Shown here: positions 1 to 15,528 of the stretch, in pieces
Layout: every line of letters starts with the position of its first letter
How positions within the stretch are numbered: position 1 is the stretch's first letter
Origin: Bigelowiella natans CCMP2755
Taxonomy: Eukaryota; Protista; Cercozoa
DNA length: 60,559 nt
Direction: 5' to 3'
Assembly: GCA_000320545.1 (NCBI GenBank)
Contig: ADNK01003253.1
Coordinates: forward strand, 1-60,559
Position numbers and translations under genes: made by a program
Notes under the pieces: model-generated
The model's database searches: none
What the model was told of the DNA's origin: nothing
What the model saw: the letters and a program-made list of their open reading frames with translations, nothing else

Positions 1-659
1 AAGTAACTCCCCCTCCGCAGAGGGTTTTGGTCTCGCCGACCACCAGGTCCTGGTCCCCCTCCGCCTCATGCCCCTGGTCCGCAGGCCGCTGATCCCGGTC
101 GCTTACTCTGCACATACCCAACATTGCCCTCTCCTATAATCCTACGAACCCCCCATATTTAGAGAGAGAGAGAGAAAGAGACAGAGAGAGGGGGAGAGAG
201 AGAGAGAGAAAGAGAAGTAATAGCATGCATCGAATGGCCGATTTGTCAAACAACTCACAAATGATCATATTGCGACGTCTGAAAGAGCATAATCACAATT
301 GATGATGATGATGATGTTTGGAGGATAATATATAAATAATAATAACAAAACGGCAGCAGGTATATACTATGACGTCTAGTAAAGGATTATTATTCATCAT
401 TAGGGCATGTCGTTGTTGTCGTGACAAGTGATGCCCGGGTGCAGTAAGTACTAGTTATCTTAACGATAACTAACTACTGGTACAACAGATCCCCCCTTGT
501 GAGTTTGGGAGGAGGGGGGGGGTACTACTACTTAGACGAGTTGTTATTATTTAATCAAAACACCACTAATAGACTACTTAACATTACCTTAGGAATAGCG
601 AGTATACCTCTGTCTTGCTCAGATTGAAACCACTATGATGATGATGGTGATGATGATGG

Positions 660-691
<32 letters not shown>

Positions 692-991
692 TTTGATGAT
701 GATTGATGATGATGATGGTGATGATGATGATGACGGTGATTCAAGTAAACGGTGATTGATGATGCTTAATATTGAGTAGGGTTAGGTGAGTCATATTGCA
801 GCTGACAAAGATGATAGCATTGCACACACTACTCCTTGCTGATATTGATGAGTAGCTCCTTAGGTAAAACTGCTACTACTACTACAATCATCATCATCAG
901 CATCTATATTATTATCACCAACCTGGCCATCATTCCCACCAACCACCCTTGAAGCACTTACACTCAAAGCCTTTTATCATAGCATCAACAA

Positions 992-1022
<31 letters not shown>

Positions 1023-1547
1023 TATTGGTTGTTTGTTAACCTTGGTCGCATTACGCAAGTACTGGTGGGCTTTTTGACCCTTCATCAGATTATATCACAG
1101 AAGAAGAAAAAGAAGAAAAAGAAGAAGAAAGATATAGTAGATCATAACTCGAATCCAGAGACTAAATACCAATAATAACGATGACGATGATGATGATGAT
1201 GATGATGAGGATGATGATGAAATGATGAAATGATGATGAAATGATGATAATGCCGATATTTTATTAGCCGTAGTTGGCCATAATAAGGTATATACTTAAC
1301 CGTGGCAATAGCAAGTTAGCACACCATCCATTCAAATGATGATGACAATGATGATGATGTATGAATCATTACATCTGAATCCCTATTAAATAGCGTGAAA
1401 TCCACAAATCTTCTTAGCCTAGAATAAGAATAAATGTACACCAAAATTAACCCTATTATTTCTAGAATGCACATAATTCAATCGTGTGTGTTTTCCTTCA
1501 TCATCCTTGGCGTGGTCGTTCATTGGTTGCTTCGTTGTCAAGCAGAC

Positions 1548-1580
<33 letters not shown>

Positions 1581-1974
1581 CATAAATTACTATAAAACGT
1601 ACCTACAACAACAACGACGACAACAACTGCTGCTACTACTACTGCTACTGCTACTACTACTCCTCACACTAACTACTCTTCGTAAGTACATCTAGATGTA
1701 GTACCAGTATATATGTAATATTATGTGAAACACGTGCAATGTAGTGAATAAATCTGTACGTGTGATGATGACGAGTATTATTATATTATGATCATCATCT
1801 TGTAACGACAGACAGATAGCAGCAATTTGCACTAAGGAAGGCAATAGTGAATCTATCTTTTGGATGATTATTTAGCATCTTCTTGCAGTAAATAAGTAAT
1901 TAATCTCCTTCTCTTTCTCTTTCATTGGGGATATATGGTGGCATGGGTTAGTACAAATACAGCCATTATATATA

Positions 1975-2035
<61 letters not shown>

Positions 2036-2333
2036 CTTATTGACCGTCTAAGTGATTCAATTGAAGAGAAAAATCTTCCAAAGGCATAGAGTACGTGCGC
2101 GTTCTAAAGAACGAAGAAGGAGCCGCATATACATAAATTCAATACTTGTGTGATGACAATCAGTTTACACAAGCACAAGTCCATAAACAGGTATAGAGAC
2201 GAGTTAGAGACAGGGAGGGAGAGGGAGAGAGATTCCATCACTATTAAATACTCGCACCATGCTATTTATGTTACTCAATACAGTTGATACAAGTTTTTCC
2301 TATTCTACTAGATGGATAGACGTGCGGTGGTAG

Positions 2334-2409
<76 letters not shown>

Positions 2410-3930
2410 CCGTCTCATGTATAGAATCAGTAATATGGCATGCGTATATTTATCATTGTACTCTTCCTCCCTACTACAAGCTTAATATTATTACTACTAC
2501 TACCATTACTACTATTTCCACACCACCACAGCTGCATTACAACCTTTGCTTCGCATTTAAAAATACTAGTATCATTCTTATGATACTGCCCTTTATCTCG
2601 TTCTCCTTCTTCTTCAGCAGCATCATTATCATCATCATCATCATTATCACCACCATCCTCTTTATCGTGATGTGTATGATAGAGATAGGAACAGTTATCG
2701 TACGTTCGCTGTTTTATCCCAATTTCATATAGAACTTTCTGCAAATTTACAAGGTTATTCAAATAATCAAAGGAGGAAGCAATATGAAAGCTATATTATT
2801 TCTTTGGCAAGAATGTTATTTGTCTGCTTCTTGTTCACTTATCAATTAGTAGCACCTGTAAATTGTAGCTTTCATCAACCAATGGGGTTACATGCGTCTG
2901 CAGCACCCCAGCTAGGTCCTGTAGATGAATGAATGGACGCAAGAAGAAAAACAACACATAATCAGAAGAGAGAATAAGAAATATGTATTATTTTGCATCG
3001 AAAGATACATTACTACCAACATCAGGAACCACTATGCTGGCTATCATATCATATCCACCTTCTGGGCCTTCATTCCAGATATTCCTCCATAAAACATGAC
3101 TAAATTCTTCAACCATCGTATTCCAACCCCGAGAGAGTTTCCCAGCTATGATGATGATGATTTGTCGGTTGGTTTTCATTATTTTCGTTATTATCCATTA
3201 TTATGTATCACATACGTCACAGTCACGAGTATGGAAATATGTTCAATCTTCTTTGACCACGGAAGTGTGTGTAGGTACGTGCTACTGCTGCCACGAATAT
3301 GACCGACCATTTTCATTAGTGAACTGAGATCAGGATCGGTTGATAAGGAGTACCCAACATACTAGGTGATGACAACCAGCACAACACAACAACATGTTTG
3401 GTATATCAAGTACTATCAAGCACTCTGTAACAACCAGAAAACAATGATCATCGTTATCAATCATTATAACAATGCTTCTTGTTTCTTCTTCTAGTTCTCA
3501 TTATATCTTTCTAATATTATTTAGCAGTAGCCTTACCGCTGCCAGGATAAAAACTATGGCTGACCAGGCATGCTTTTCCAATGTTCTCAAGCCTATGATA
3601 AATGAATGAACACCGATGATGACGCTGATGAGAATGAAGATGATGATGGGAGGTATTGGTGTCCTCTTAAGAATGAGTAATGCACGCTGTTAGTAAGTAC
3701 TCCTACTACAAAAACTACTACTACTTCTACTTCTACTATTGCTACCAGTTTTGTAGAAATGCATCAAGCAGGAACAGGGGTTGACACTTCACGATACGGG
3801 AGCCAAAGTGTTTGGATAGTTCTTAGAACACGAAAGGAGGAGGAGGAGGAGGAGGATGTGAGAGGGAGAATCACAATCTAGGAAAAAAAATACACAATAA
3901 CTAACTAAACAACTAACTAAACAACTAACG

Positions 3931-3975
<45 letters not shown>

Positions 3976-4150
3976 TTGGCGACAAATTAATAATTATTAC
4001 GAGAAAGATTGTATTTCTCTTTTTTCTCTCCCCTACTCGTAGGGAGTGGTCAAAGTTTTACCAGAGTTTGATCGTAATATTTGTTGTCGTCTGTATATTT
4101 TCCCCTGTATTTTATTGAATAATTCCTCCATCGTTTGGTTTGCTACACTA
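1..4150 (-). CDS. Putative multi-exon gene of unknown function running off the left edge; weak EF-hand-like hints
   Basis: Short non-repetitive islands bounded by minus-strand AG/GT signals between microsatellite introns, e.g. about 4060-4150 (VANQTMEELFNKYRGKYTDDNKYYDQTL), 1370-1420 (LRRFVDFTLFNRDSD) and 590-630 (GFNLSKTEVYSLFLR). Exon phases were not resolved and no family was recognised. Confidence 0.3.
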
Positions 4151-4968
4151 GATCATCTACGAGGTGCTGTTGTGTGTGCCTCCCTCCCTCATCGAGCACA
4201 ATTGATAGTCACTTCGTCGTCGTTGTCGTCGTCATCGTTGCCGCCATCTGCTTCAATATTATTATCCTGCGAAGGAACTGTTCTCGAGTAAAGTAACACT
4301 GTGAATTCTTCCAGATAAAGTGCTTTGTTCGAGTTTGCAGCCAACAGGCTGACAAGGTATAGGTGGTTTGTCATCGATGAGGACGACTACAATGGCTAGG
4401 AGAACATCTCTTCGTCTAAGGGAAGGAGGAGAGGATATATCTCCATGCTCCCTATCACATATTTCTGTTGATGCGACTCCGGTACGGTGATTTCAATGAA
4501 TTTATTAGTTAAACGTCGTTTATTGTAAGATTTCATCATTAGGTTGGAAGTTTTGAAAACCCCATAGCAGCAGCAGGTCCTCCAGAGTTGTATAATCCTG
4601 GGGCAAGGAGCGGCGTAAAAATCAACATGTCCCCACCCATGACACCAACAACGGTGATGGTTAGATTAGGGTGGTTGTCTTTCAGTTGTTCGTAATGTAT
4701 GTGCTGCGCCCTGTCTTTTATGCTATTATTTACCCTACCGACGACTGAAACTATGCTTACTGTTTGCTGCGTCTCACTTGAACTAATAATCATTTTCTTG
4801 TTTAGGATGCTGACAGTCAAACGACGTGCGAATGGGTAAATAATCACGGCGAGAGATTTACATACGAATGGGTCTTAAATCACGGCGAGAGATTGCTGCA
4901 CCGTTTGTTACATCATCCACTTGTGTGCTTCTTGTTTGCTTCCTATTATTACTTATGTATTCATACAG

Positions 4969-5314
4969 CGATTACTACTTCAGGAGAAGAAAAGAGTACT
5001 GCAAGTCAATTACTACATCAATGGTGTAGGTGAAGAGGTAGTAACTGCTCTAAATCCAATCCTCGAAATAATGATATCAATCACCTGCTGCTTCAACATC
5101 TCATATCATTTTGGAGCTCCTCCCTCCTTGATGATGGAATTATGTATGATGGCAATAATCCCTCCGTCTCCTTCCTCTCGATCATGATAGCGTATGGATA
5201 AACAACTTCCTCCTCCCCCTCTTCTTTCTGGTCTTGCATGCAGAACTTCGTTCCTGCTGAAATAGTTGGAGATGGTACTGGGTTAATGCGCCAAATTGGG
5301 TAGCTTGTGTGCGT

Positions 5315-5352
<38 letters not shown>

Positions 5353-6431
5353 ACCATGAGAAACAGCAACCACAAGAACCAGACAGAAGAAGGAAAAGAA
5401 GAAGAAGATGATCATGATGACGATGGAAATTATTACGAAGAACAATCATTATTTAAGAATCAAGAAGCAGATAAATCCTGTTTAAAAACTGAAAGAGCGG
5501 GTGCAAAGAGGGAGGGGTGCAAGTATATTAGTCGATAACGAAGTTATCATTCAAATAATGATTAGTTTTTCTTCTAGTACATATGATATCCTACCAGATG
5601 TCCCTTGTGACTTTCCAGTAGCCTGACCACTGACTTACTACCACAATGAGGCTTAATAATAACAATAATAATAATAATAATAATAATAAGGTATCGTACC
5701 CTACGAATAAAGATTCGATCTATGAAAAGAGGTGCTACTTACTACTACTATTACTACTACCACTACTACCACTACTACCCTCTAACTAACTACAATGGAT
5801 GATGATGGAAAGAGAGAAAGAAAGAACAACATTTTTTTTAGTAGTGCGTAATTTTGTTTATACATCTTATAAAGTACAATGATGATGTATGTGCACACCA
5901 TTTAACCCAACCTGCTGCTTAATAAATTTAGAATTAATTCTCTTACTCTTAATGTATTATTATCTTTATCTATGTGTTTGCTGTTGCGGTATCGTTAAAT
6001 TGTAGATGGCTTGACGGACTTATCCAATCAGATCATGGCAGGTTTCTTAAGAGGGTGAGTAGTGAAAAAAAAAACAGCATGAAATAATGTAAATGATGAT
6101 AGGGAAGAAAAGAGATAAGAAGAAGAAAGAAGAAATAAGAAGCACACTAGTAGTAGTAGAGCAGTAGTATCAGTAGTATCAGGAGTAAGTAGTAACACTG
6201 TGTGAGCTGCTGCTGCAACCGTATATTCAGCTATGCAGTACGAAATTAATCATGTATGTATGTATGTATGTATGTATGTACACCAACCAACCGATGATGG
6301 TGTTTTTAGTACGTAATTAGTAGTAGCATTTGGTATTATTATTTCTGCCACCTACTACTACTACTACTACTACTACTACTTACGACTTACTACTACCGAT
6401 GAGTTAAGAACAATTGTACTACTACTACTAT

Positions 6432-6462
<31 letters not shown>

Positions 6463-6683
6463 GTCGTGGTGTTTTGTACAAACAACAAAAGGCGAAAACG
6501 AGAATCTAAAGGGGAGGAGTGCACATGCAGCGCACTTATGTGTTTTGAAAGTGATAATACGCTAGAAGTAATGAGCTGCGAGGTAGTTTGCTTACTTATT
6601 ACAACTTTTCTTTTACTACAACAACAATCCATCATCGTGATCCATTTACAGCAACGAACGATGGATGATGAAAAAGAGGATGA

Positions 6684-6714
<31 letters not shown>

Positions 6715-6744
6715 TGCTAAAACGAGGAGCATCATACACACATA

Positions 6745-6777
<33 letters not shown>

Positions 6778-6806
6778 GCTAAAACGAGGAGCATCATACA
6801 CACATA

Positions 6807-6874
<68 letters not shown>

Positions 6875-7644
6875 GCACATTCACTTTCTTCTCTCTCATA
6901 CTTACATACGCATATAACAAATAATTATACCCCATACCTCATATTATTATTTGGTTATAGTCATATTCTAACGTGTATGAGTGTGCCTAGGTGCTGCATC
7001 AATGTTACTTACTCACACCTTCCTCATTTTTCCAACAGCAGCAATCAACAACAACATAATATACTGCTGCTGCTATATCTCTATATCCATAGGCTCGTAT
7101 TGTCCTTTCTGAAATGCATTCTCTTGAAATTCTCCCCATTTTACATCTCCGGGAGAGAACAGTACTACTACTAATACTAATACTAATACTAATACTACTA
7201 CTATGCTGCTGCTGCTGTTACTACCGCTTACCGCTCATTTTATCAATCCCTCCCTTACAAATTACAAATAGTGAAAAACAGAGAGATTTCTATTAGTTAT
7301 CGGCATGTCTACTAGTACACATTCCACTATATAAGAGCAATTCTATGAAAGCATGCTGTCAAACATGTGCAAATAGTAGTAGTGTCATCAAGGTAAAGTG
7401 GATATACCGATGCATACTGTTGATGTTCAATTTACAGAAATTCGAAAGTCTCAAAGAGTTAGCTGAGCAAATGGTGACTGATTTGAGATGCGCCCAATAC
7501 TTACCATCTTTATCACGGAAGGCAGAACATGTGGTGAATAGCAACACTACAAGATGCTCAGGCCAACCTCCATTTGCTTATTGCCAAGCCCCTCCATGCT
7601 CTACGGCATGCTCACAAACATGCAAGATGTGCAATATAATGTAG
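4969..7644 (+). CDS. Putative multi-exon gene of unknown function with a Cys-rich C-terminus ending in a CaaX motif (CNIM-stop)
   Basis: Plus-strand AG/GT-bounded islands (about 5244-5299 NFVPAEIVGDGTGLMRQIG, 6006-6054, 7093-7160), a 45-nt GT-AG intron at 7393-7437 and a last exon KFESLKELAEQM...CSQTCKMCNIM followed by TAG. The start is not determined. Confidence 0.35.
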
Positions 7645-7899
7645 TAGGAGAAGAGAAAGGAGGAGGAGGAGGAGGAGAAGAGGGGTTAGGGAGGGCAACA
7701 AAGGTGGTGTGTATGAAGTAGAGGAGGAGGAGTTACAGGGAAAAGAATAGAAATGAAGAATCAGTGTTTTTATCACCAATATTTTAGTTAATAAGAGATA
7801 GTGAGAGGGAATTTAAAAGGGCCAGTAGAAGAGATTGAAGCAATATAAAGTCATTACGTGGTTGGTTGCATCGTTAGTGTAAGCATCGATCACTTCATT

Positions 7900-8750
7900 T
7901 GCTTGCTCGCCTAGTCGTTCTCTCATCATGTGCAACAATGGACATTAGGCAAGCTGTGTACTCATTATTGACTCATCATCTTGTCATGGTGGCGGAGCGC
8001 AATAATGCCGTACACAGCTAGCAGACAGCAATAATGTGAGGTGCATTTGTACATGTACGACGTATACGTATCGTTAGGCATGCTAGCATGCGTGCGTGCG
8101 TCGCGGATCATACACGACCATGCGCGCGCAGATCGTGTGAAAGAACTTCTGCTATCTAGAACGTGCATGTTGTTGCATCTAATAATGCCTTTTATGTTTT
8201 GCATGCGCATGCATGCATACATTGCTAGATTGGGCCAGCAAAAATGAAGATATATTGCAGTACGTAGTCAGTAGTGCTGGAAAACAAACAACATGACGCT
8301 GTTATTGTATGTGCCCTATGTCTACTGCCATGCGGCAGTGCACGTTTTATTAGCTTGACGTACAATAAAAGTAAGGCGCGCAATTAATAAGCCTGCATCA
8401 TCTATCTAGTAGATCGCATGTGCTGTAATGCGCGACAATTTATATCAACATGTAGCAGCTTGCATATTCCAATACACGTGTGCAATGATGCCAGCGCTGT
8501 GCATGCAAATATAGTAATGTAATTTCTTCCATGCATTGTAGCATTGTTTCACGCCACACAGGTTACACATCGTATATAGGATGACTATTGAAACTGTTTA
8601 ATCATATTATTGCATCCGAGTTGTCACACATTTATGACAACTCCGTGTTTTGCATATGTAAAATACCAAATTTTCAAGCGCATCGGAATATCATTTTTTT
8701 CAAAAAGTAAAATCAATTTTAGCAAATTTTTGTAGGTACCATGTTGAACT
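7900..8750. mobile_element. Possible degenerate repeat or transposon remnant between two convergent genes
   Basis: Non-microsatellite stretch rich in TGCA/CATG/CGCG. It has a 9-bp hairpin (gagttgtca-N8-tgacaactc, about 8618-8643) and weak reverse-complement resemblance to parts of 27560-27700 and 28555-28590. Confidence 0.25.
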
Positions 8751-8837
8751 CTTTCTTGGATTCCAGCAATAAATGTTATTTTCCAGAAACATCTTCATTT
8801 AGTATCAATTTTCAGCATTGCAACTACTACCGCAACT

Positions 8838-9219
8838 TTATTTTGCTTGGCTTGGCTTATTTCGCCGATCTCCTAGAACTTCATCGAGAATTGTCTCCTT
8901 ACAAATTAGTACCAGTATTTGCGTAGTATAATTGAATCAGCGAGAATAAAACTTTCGTAGTAGTGTAAAACATGAATTACCAGCAAATATGAGGAAAATA
9001 TTAAAACTTTCATTGTGTAATTTTATGAAAGAAACCTCCGCTTTCCTCCTTCGTTGCTTGCGATTTCTCTTTCCTGCACCGATTTTATGCTTTCGTGCAA
9101 AGGGAGCATATGAAGTGTCTCTATCCATTTTTATTTAACATCATCATTATGATAATTGTTAGAGGAATCAAATTATAAAGTATTGAGGCAATACAAGTCG
9201 CATACACACAACCATCCAT

Positions 9220-9260
<41 letters not shown>

Positions 9261-9578
9261 GAGAAATATACATATTAGCAACATCTTAATCGATAATTTT
9301 TACTATTTCAATACATATTCTGAGCAATTTTATGATTGTTATATTTATTTTAATGATAAATTATGCTAGTCCCATGAACCTAAGACTGACGTTACTACTT
9401 CTACAAATATCACCATTGACCGACAAACATTACCTTTCAAAGCGATGAGGGGCTTTTCCTTTAAGTGTCATTCTTCACCATTTAACAAATTTTAATTAAT
9501 AATAAAGGAGCTCACACTAACACGAATTTAAATACACCCACACTCACACACATAAACACACACACACAAGCACACTCT

Positions 9579-9624
<46 letters not shown>

Positions 9625-12570
9625 TACACACACTCGCACGCACAAACGCATTGACACTAATGTGTGTGTGTGTGTGTGCGCGCGCGCATGCGTGTCTTGA
9701 CGATATACTTATAATTTCATATATTGTAACTTAACATGATCATCAATACTGTAAATATCTTATCTTAAAGAATTGTTACCTCATTTCATTAATCAAAGCC
9801 TTCCTAATGTTCTAAATTAATAATAGGAAAATTAAGGAAAGAGATAAATGAGTGAAATATTAGATTTGTTTGAAATGGCAGATTCAATTATGTAAAAAGG
9901 AAGCTCATTATGGTAAAAATCAACATAATCATAAGGCACTATAGTATTATAATATATTAACTCACTACCTGGGTATTATTTAGTTTCATTAGTTTTCAAT
10001 TATCAATATCTATTAAAATACCTGGAGATCTGGAATCTTATTTATTGCCTCAATTGTGTGATTATCTGGATTAATCTAAAACAAATACAGAAGAATCAGG
10101 GAGTGAAGGAGAGAAAAAAGTTGTGAAGGAAAGAAAAATTTCACAAAAAAAAAGCATCACCTTGTATTCGAGCATCTCAATTAATGTTCTCTGAAACAAA
10201 TTTCACAAAATTATATTAAGTGAACATTTTCCCTCTAATCTCATTGTATACATAATGATCACATTGATGTTATATATATTATCTGGCATTTGTCACGAGA
10301 CGAGATCAATCATAATTGAAATCACATTACACCAATAGACACACAATAAATGATTAATCGATAACATTTGCGCCCAAGATAAGGTCTACCTTTGCCATAT
10401 CAAAATCTTTTTCATTTCTATTCATATAAAGGCAAACACACACGCACATAGACACAAAAGCACATATTCACACAATAAACATAAACAATAATGACAAGAA
10501 GCAATTAATTATGTATGGAAAGATACATTAAATTGAAACCTGTAGATCCTAAGCATTGTGTTATACGTAACCACATTTGCTTTGACATCCCTGATATGTT
10601 TGTTTGAAATTTGCAATCAAATAAATTCAATAGTTTAACTATGCTACAAATACTGCATTAATATAAACTCAAGTTCCTTTGTGAATGACTAAAATTCTTT
10701 TCTTTTTCAAATTAGGATATATTGTAGAGACAAACATACCTGCTCTTCATATCGAAGAAAATTTTTTCAGCTCTCTCTTTTAAGTCCTTATTATGATGAT
10801 GGAAAATTTTCAATAATTCTTGCCAAAATTATCCACGTATTATTATCCAAAATTATATTTTCAGAACGGTGCAATACGAATCTCAAAACAATATTATGAT
10901 GTAAGTGGTACAACATACAATAAGTTTTAAATTCATATATGGTTGCTATGTATATAAAAGGCATTGCATCAAAGTGAGTATATAACCGGTAAATTTGATT
11001 CTCTGAGTCCATTGAGGATGATTGTATACGTCCTTACGTTTGGCTGTTTGACATCATAATAAACAGAAATATTATAATCTCACCATAAATAATTTACAAC
11101 ATCCGATAACTCTGAAAACATAGTTAGATAAGCACATGTACTTGCAATTCTTGATCTTGCATTTCCTTGAAACATCTGATCATTTGTTCTATGTTGTTAG
11201 ATTTAGCCCAGGCGTTTATCACGGAAGTGTACGTCACTACATCCGGTTTTAGCCTGATTCAAAATAGAAAAATATTAGAATCAATATTTAAAAGTAATAT
11301 ATTCTTAGTTAAGGAAAATATAAATAAAATGAAATTATTCTGTGTAAAAATATGAAAATTGCGTAATCAATATTCAATATAGCTAATCCTTCTTTCTAGT
11401 TCTATTTCTATCACCCAAACTTCCTCATAAGGTGTAACATGTCATAAGCTCGTTCTGGAGAAAAACTCTGTATATAAATACATATGTGTATATAAATATA
11501 TATATGATTACAAAGAACAATTATAAATACGTGTTCTATGTACATACACATATATAAAAACACACACACACACACACACACGCGTGTGTACGTATTTGCT
11601 ATCATCTGAATGTTATTCTATACAAAAACATGTGAATCAGCATCTCGCTGCACAATAAGCGTAGATTTAAAGAAAAATGATGTTTACCAGGCCATAAATA
11701 TTGATGAGCTCTGTGAATGTATGATGGTCGGGCTCAACTGAAGGATCCCTAGTCGATAGTAAATCAATCATAATCGATTATAATAATGTATTATCTCCAA
11801 ATTATTAGTGTATTACCTCTGCATTCGTGCAAACCATTTCTCTGCGCATTCAACATACTTCAAATCATTTCTTGTACCTAATAATAATAATAAGAAAAAA
11901 ATAATTAGTACACAACTGGATTTTTCCTTTCTCCTATTTTTGGTTACTTTTTGCGGCAATACGACACGATCTTATCACGTAGTTGTACATCCTTGTCTTG
12001 GCTATTAATATCGCTTTATTATTGCCTTTTCAGTAAGAACAAAGGCCAAATAACAATAAATTGAAAATTTATCAATGCAAGAGTATGAGTGAGGTCAAAA
12101 TCAAAATAAAAAATCGCTGTAAAACTAGAGAATTATTGACTTTTTAATATATTCGCATCAGAAATCCTGAGATATTCATAAGGCTGTAATGCATTTTACC
12201 AATAAATCCTATTATACGTTAATAATACAATCTGGACAAAAAATGAATGATTGCTCTTCTAATCTTTTTCAAAATCGACCTTCACTATCCTTTGATCCTC
12301 CTTCAAATAGACTGTTTTCAAACATTTTTTCTCCCTCCTCAATATCGTCCAGATGCTGTTTAGAGACATCATAGATTTACTTATAATGAGGATGATGGCA
12401 AATTATTATTTTTTTTCAAAATGTAGATTGAATAATTCTTTTGACATTTCGCAAAGTATTTAATTTTTTATTTATCTACATGCCGCAATTTTTTGTTGTA
12501 AAATTTTAAATGGCCGTACATATATGTTCTACTGATTCCTGTCCTACCTTCCCCTCCTTTACTTCCTAAA

Positions 12571-12628
<58 letters not shown>

Positions 12629-13218
12629 AATACTATCAAAAAATTCCCCTCTGCAACTTTAGTTTACGTTGAACCACATTTCCGCTCGTTCTACATCCCC
12701 AATATTTGCAGCAAGCTGATATTAATAACAAAGAACAATATAAACAAAGAAAGATTTTGAGAGAAACAAAAATATTGTTGCAGAAATACCCTATCTGATA
12801 AATATTCTTTACTGACCATGTATTGAAAGGGGGAAATGACTGAATATTGATCATTCTTCATCATTATTTTATCATTACATTTATATTTTCATATTATAGC
12901 TCAGCTGTTTTTTAATCCTTCATTCATATACTTGAGTCAAAGTGGCAATATGCCGTATATTAGGAAGAATGCCGTCCTGAAATATACCATGAATGCTCTA
13001 TAAAGTAGATTTATACATATACATGTTTATGTTAGTGTATGTATATGTGGTGTGTGTGTGTGTGTGTGTGTGAGTGTGAGGGGGGATGTTTACACGAGGT
13101 TTAAACGATATGAACGAAATCATGTTGTAATACAGGTTACAATTGCCTACAACGAATATTATTGTAACGATGATTGTTACACATATTCTTTTTCCTACTA
13201 CCAAGATAAAGGAGGGAA

Positions 13219-13264
<46 letters not shown>

Positions 13265-14733
13265 TATAGTGAAAAACCATATTCAAATATAAATGCACAT
13301 AAACACATATATAATATAATATGTTACTAATACCTTTACCATCACAGAAAACCACCCTTTAAGATAGATTAATTGCAAATGTGAGATCCCCACCAAAATG
13401 TTATATTAAAATTATGAAACAAGCGAAAACCAAAGATAATGATGGAGGACTAGTAGGAAGCTAATCAATCATTAGTTTGTTGTCTATCACATCTCTTGGT
13501 CATGTAAAAAAAAAACATTATTGATTAATATAATCAATTACTAAAGGTTCTGCCATCATCCTAATCATAGAGAGCATGCGTGTATTATTATAACCATAAA
13601 AATAGACAGAAGATATCTACGAATTAAATCATTTTCAGATTTGCTATTATAACAATTAGATATATCTTTTAATAAGACTTTCAGCTTCCTTAAGGTCTTT
13701 ATTTTGGCAGTATCCGTTCATAAGAGCACCATACGAAACAGCACTGAAGATGAATGGTGATAAATCTTATGATGATTAGAGGGGGAATATAGATTGAAAG
13801 AGGGATTGCCATTACACAGCAGATAAACACATATGTAATATATCGTAATGAAAATACAATTACTTTTCTTCTCTCCTTCCATCATTAATTTTTTGTGCCT
13901 CATCCTTTTAAAAAACTATTAAATTTACTACTACTACTACTACTACTCTTACTACTACTTAACTACTTTGGGATAATTCCATCTTCTTTACACTTGGCAA
14001 ACCAATATGAAGCTCTTTCCATGTCCCCTAATTGATTTATTTTTAAATTTATAATAATTTGCTATTAATGATTCAATATCAATATCTCCTTTCTAGCTGT
14101 TTCCTACCAACGATAGCCCAAGCATGGATGAGAACAGTATAGGCATGAGGTGTAGGTTGTATTCCCTAAACAACAGCAAGATTATTAAATAATGATGATG
14201 ATGATGATGTTGTTGTTTTCACATTATATATCAATAGCCACATGTAAATATCTAATAATGCACATTTAATTCCATTCATGTGTGTGTGTGTGTGTGTGTG
14301 TAATGTAAAATTGAATAGAGTGGGATTGCTCGTCGAGATATTATCTTCCTACCCCAGAACGATGAAGTGCGAATATTTCTTCAGCTTTTCGTGGCTCACG
14401 AGAAATTGCTAATTGATTAATATTCACGCCAGCGTGCAGGTTGTTGGGATAGTTGATAAGTGGTGATGATAATGATGAAATTGATGATGATGATGATCAT
14501 GTGTTAGTTAGTTAGTAGTAGTAGTAGTAGTAGTAGTATGAAGTAGTAGTATGAGTATGAGTAGTACCATAGGCATTCATAATGCTGACGTAATATTTGT
14601 TGTTTATTCTTTCTACCATCTCCGGAGAAACCTTCTGAAAATATGGAAAAACAATAATATTTTTCAACTACTACATCAACAGGAACCGTTGCTGTTTGTT
14701 GTCGCATATGCAGTATTATACATATATGTATAA

Positions 14734-14770
<37 letters not shown>

Positions 14771-14983
14771 TACTAGGCCTCTTTTCTCCTCTTTATAAAG
14801 TTGTTGATATTTTCTTTCAGCGCCCTCAATGTCTCCCTGCATGAATTTAGTAATCGATGTGAAAATAATGTAAAGGAAACAGTGTAAGAAGATTATTTTT
14901 AATAGAAATCATCCTCACCCTCAACCCATTCTACATCGATCATCACTGGGAGATTGATGAAACCGACTTATAATATACACATA

Positions 14984-15025
<42 letters not shown>

Positions 15026-15496
15026 ATATATCGCTATGGCAGACGAGGCTCTCCATCATCATCATCAACAACGACAACAATAATAACATGTTGATCATGA
15101 TCAGACGAGGCTCTCCACCATCATCATCATCAACAACAATAACATGTTGATCATGATCATCATTCAGCGTAGTAAGTAGTACCAAACCTTTTTAATGTAA
15201 GCATCAATCTAAATGAAAACAAAGAAAGAGAATATTACAACTTGTACAATGCGATATGGCAATGATGATAATAGTGGCAGCCATGTCGGTGTTTGTTTAA
15301 GTGAACTTCGTTCTAATATAATAACACCATTAGGATCCATGCCTGTGCATCTGGAAACATCCCTAATCACGATAATCATCATGTGCTTATTATTAATTAA
15401 TATTATTATTATAGTTTTTTAAAAAATACCCGTGTACATCATTCATACATGTAGATGTGTAATATACTCCTAGTATATACAAATACTACATCGAGC

Positions 15497-15528
<32 letters not shown>

